64,000 bases of DNA, taken from assembly GCA_027050205.1 (NCBI GenBank), contig JALUCS010000083.1, positions 41,464 to 105,463 on the forward strand, written 5' to 3'. Shown here piece by piece: positions 61,925-64,000 of the stretch (its first letter is position 1; the number at the start of each line of letters is the position of its first letter). A program made the position numbers and the translations under genes. Source of the DNA: a candidate division WOR-3 bacterium. Lineage in GTDB: Bacteria; Hydrothermota; Hydrothermia; LBFQ01. Under the pieces are notes generated by a model, which was given only the letters and a program-made list of their open reading frames with translations, had not been told where the DNA came from and ran no database searches.

Positions 61925-61980
61925 ACTTATGTTAACAAGCGTGAGGATAGAATAATGTCCCCTCTCCGTACTTATGTCAA
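61925..61980 (-). promoter_or_regulatory. groESL sigma70-type promoter with direct-repeat candidate operator
   Basis: TTGACA-17-CATTAT; TT(G/A)ACATAAGT repeated at 61970-61980 and 61925-61935. Confidence 0.55.
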
Positions 61981-62522
61981 GTTCCACCCTTCCGGTAGAA
62001 GGCCACGGCGGTGTCCCCGCCTTTGACGAACTTGAAGAGCCTCAACCCCTCCGTCTCCGGTGGCCTTTCGCGGGAGGGCATCTCAAGTACGAATATCCCC
62101 CCTTCCCGTAGCACCCTCTCAACCGCCTTGAGGAGGTCCCTCCTCCTCTCCCACGCGTAGGGGGGGTCGGCGAGTACGAGGTCAAAGTCCCCGGAGAAGG
62201 TCCTCAGGAAGGACAGAGCGTCGGCCTTCACCACCTTTACGTTCTCCGAGAGGCCGAGCTTTTTGAGGTTATCCCTTATCGCCCTCACGCTCGCCGGGTT
62301 GTTGTCAACGAAGACGCAGCTCCTCGCCCCACGGGAGAGGGCCTCTATACCGAGCGCCCCGCTGCCACTGAAGAGGTCAAGGACGTCGTACCCCTCAACC
62401 GTCGGCAGTATGTCGTATATCCTCTTTCTCGTGAAGGAACTCGTAGGCCTGACGTGGCGGGCCGCCTTCAACTTCGTACCCCGGTACCTCCCACCGGAGA
62501 CCTGTACGCCCGTCCGTTTCAT
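61977..62522 (-). CDS. rsmD: 16S rRNA m2G966 methyltransferase
   Basis: RPTS, LDLFSGSGALGIEALSRGA, ADPPY. Confidence 0.9.
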   Translation of the reverse strand: MKRTGVQVSGGRYRGTKLKAARHVRPTSSFTRKRIYDILPTVEGYDVLDLFSGSGALGIEALSRGARSCVFVDNNPASVRAIRDNLKKLGLSENVKVVKADALSFLRTFSGDFDLVLADPPYAWERRRDLLKAVERVLREGGIFVLEMPSRERPPETEGLRLFKFVKGGDTAVAFYRKGGT

Positions 62523-62869
62523 TTGCGGGCGATCACCTCGTTCTTCTCGTTGAATATCAGGACCTTGGGCTTATGTTTCTCGGCCTCTTCGGGGGTTACC
62601 CACATAAAGGTCATGATTATGAGCCTGTCCCCCACCTCTGCCAGACGGGCCGTGCCGCCGTTCACCTTTATCTCCCCCTTCCCTCCGGGGATGGCGTAGG
62701 TCTCAAATCTTCCCCCCGTCTCAACGTTGACGATGAGAACGCTCTCGTAGGGGAGTATGCCGGCCTCCTCCATCATCTCCCTGTCTATCACTATGCTACC
62801 CTCGTAGTTCAGGTCCTTGGAGGAGACCCTCACCCAGTGTAGTTTCGCCTTCAGGACCTTATAGAGCAT
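62519..62869 (-). CDS. panD: Aspartate 1-decarboxylase
   Basis: KAKLH, YEG|SI self-cleavage site, RFETYAI, NGGTARL. Confidence 0.93.
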   Translation of the reverse strand: MLYKVLKAKLHWVRVSSKDLNYEGSIVIDREMMEEAGILPYESVLIVNVETGGRFETYAIPGGKGEIKVNGGTARLAEVGDRLIIMTFMWVTPEEAEKHKPKVLIFNEKNEVIARK

Positions 62870-63299
62870 GCGGCACCTCCTCCTGAAGGTACATAAGGAC
62901 CTCATCCAAGAGCGATCGCCTTATGGCCACCCCTAAGACGCCGGACGTCAGGGCTATGAACTCCAAATTTATTCCCATGTTGGCGAGGGTTTCAAGTACG
63001 GCTCGTAGGTCAAGGACGTCCAGGAACTCCACGAGGGCCAGACCGGGGTCTACCACCACCTCCTTTGCACCCGTCCTCTCGGCTATCTCCTCCCTGCGGC
63101 GTCGTATCACCTTCCCATCGCTCTCGTAGACTATCACCGAGAAGTCTGCCCTTCCGCCTACGGAGCTGTCAAAGCTCGCGGCGAGGACAGTAAAACCCTC
63201 CTCCCTTAGGATTTGAATCACATCCGCCGCCACACCGGGCCGATCCTTCAGGGACCTAAAGGTAACCTTCGCCACCCGCTCTTTGTAATGTACGCTCAA
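62859..63299 (-). CDS. Stand-alone tandem ACT protein (aspartokinase beta-subunit-like)
   Basis: AKVT..LKDRPGVAA..DFSVIV; LANMGINLEFI; no kinase domain. Confidence 0.7.
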   Translation of the reverse strand: MSVHYKERVAKVTFRSLKDRPGVAADVIQILREEGFTVLAASFDSSVGGRADFSVIVYESDGKVIRRRREEIAERTGAKEVVVDPGLALVEFLDVLDLRAVLETLANMGINLEFIALTSGVLGVAIRRSLLDEVLMYLQEEVPHAL

Positions 63300-63329
63300 G
63301 GGGTCTTTATTTTAAGGCCGAAAGGCCCA

Positions 63330-63845
63330 TCAGAATATACGGAACTCCACTATACGGTCGGAGGCCGCCCTACCCCTCGCCCGGCTGTCCCCGTAGGAGA
63401 GGGCCACCATCTTGTCCGGTGGCAGCCCCCTGCTTATGAGGTACCGCACTATGGACGTGGCCCTGACGGCCGCCAGCTCCCAGTTGGTGGGGTACCTGTC
63501 CCTGTTCGTCTTCACGGGGGACCTGTCCGTATATACGGCCACGCGCACCTCGTTGAAGCCGCTCTTCTTCAGGTCCTTTGCTATGTCGTCCAAGATCCTC
63601 TTCCCCTTGGGGGATAGCTCCGTACTCCCCGGCATGAAGATGCTGTCCGAGGGTACGCGGAGGACCGTCCGGTCCTCCTTTATCTCCGTCCGTTTCTCTC
63701 CCCCCGCCGGTATCTGCTTTATCAGGCGGGTGTTCTCCTCGTACAGGTCGCGCACGACCTTCTCAAGCGGCACGACCTTGCCGTAGTACAGGTAGAGCAT
63801 ACCTCCGCCGAGGAGGAGGACGGCAAGGCCGAGTACGAACCTCAT
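63330..63845 (-). CDS. OmpA/MotB-like peptidoglycan-binding protein
   Basis: N-terminal TM; FMPGSTEL, TD..P..YPTNWEL..RA..VRYL, RIVEF. Confidence 0.8.
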   Translation of the reverse strand: MRFVLGLAVLLLGGGMLYLYYGKVVPLEKVVRDLYEENTRLIKQIPAGGEKRTEIKEDRTVLRVPSDSIFMPGSTELSPKGKRILDDIAKDLKKSGFNEVRVAVYTDRSPVKTNRDRYPTNWELAAVRATSIVRYLISRGLPPDKMVALSYGDSRARGRAASDRIVEFRIF

Positions 63846-63866
63846 AGTCGGTATTCTACCTCCGGA

Positions 63867-64000
63867 TCATACGGCCTTCTTCCTGCGCCTCCGCGGTACG
63901 GTTATCACCCGGAGGTTCCTATCTACGTAGACCTTCTCAACGTCCCTCGCTATGGTTGGCAGCCGGAACATCACGTCCATCAGGAGGTTCTCCAAGACGC
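63867..64000 (-). CDS. clpX: ClpX ATPase C-terminal end (partial)
   Basis: Manual translation VLENLLMDVMFRLPTIARDVEKVYVD...KKAV* resembles ClpX C-terminus. Confidence 0.65.
   Translation of the reverse strand, partial: VLENLLMDVMFRLPTIARDVEKVYVDRNLRVITVPRRRRKKAV

Noticed and set aside
63330..63845. Flagellar stator MotB
   Set aside because: No conserved TM Asp and no adjacent motA; only a generic OmpA-like PG-binding domain is supported

Overview
Gene-dense, GC-rich (roughly 55-60% by eye) chromosomal window from a diderm bacterium (LptC, LptE-like, MlaE and heptose adenylyltransferase genes). A thermophile of the FCB/WOR-3-like neighbourhood is my inference, not a tested assignment. It contains tuf plus the S10/spc ribosomal cluster, which is cut after rplX and followed by tRNA-Glu(CTC). 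It also carries groES/EL, frr-uppS-cdsA, fabG, ispDF, accC, gcvPB, pyrF, thiE, ilvE, panD, an SdpR/SdpI immunity module, an IS630-type HTH remnant and six secreted proteins with degenerate T9SS-like C-terminal sorting domains. No CRISPR, rRNA or prophage was seen. Main signals: (1) about 28 genes have a TAnnnT -10 box 6-10 nt before the start codon and no SD, suggesting pervasive leaderless expression; (2) many exported proteins start with ultrashort (about 7-10 aa) uncharged signal-like N-termini; (3) a Tat signal is fused to a PqqD/RRE-like domain; (4) a dispersed 21-22-nt-phased CTTYAA repeat sits in AT-rich islands; (5) EF-Tu switch I and the L22 tunnel loop are remodelled; (6) a terminator-like leader precedes tuf; (7) TCGA appears strongly avoided. 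All calls are by eye, with no database searches run.
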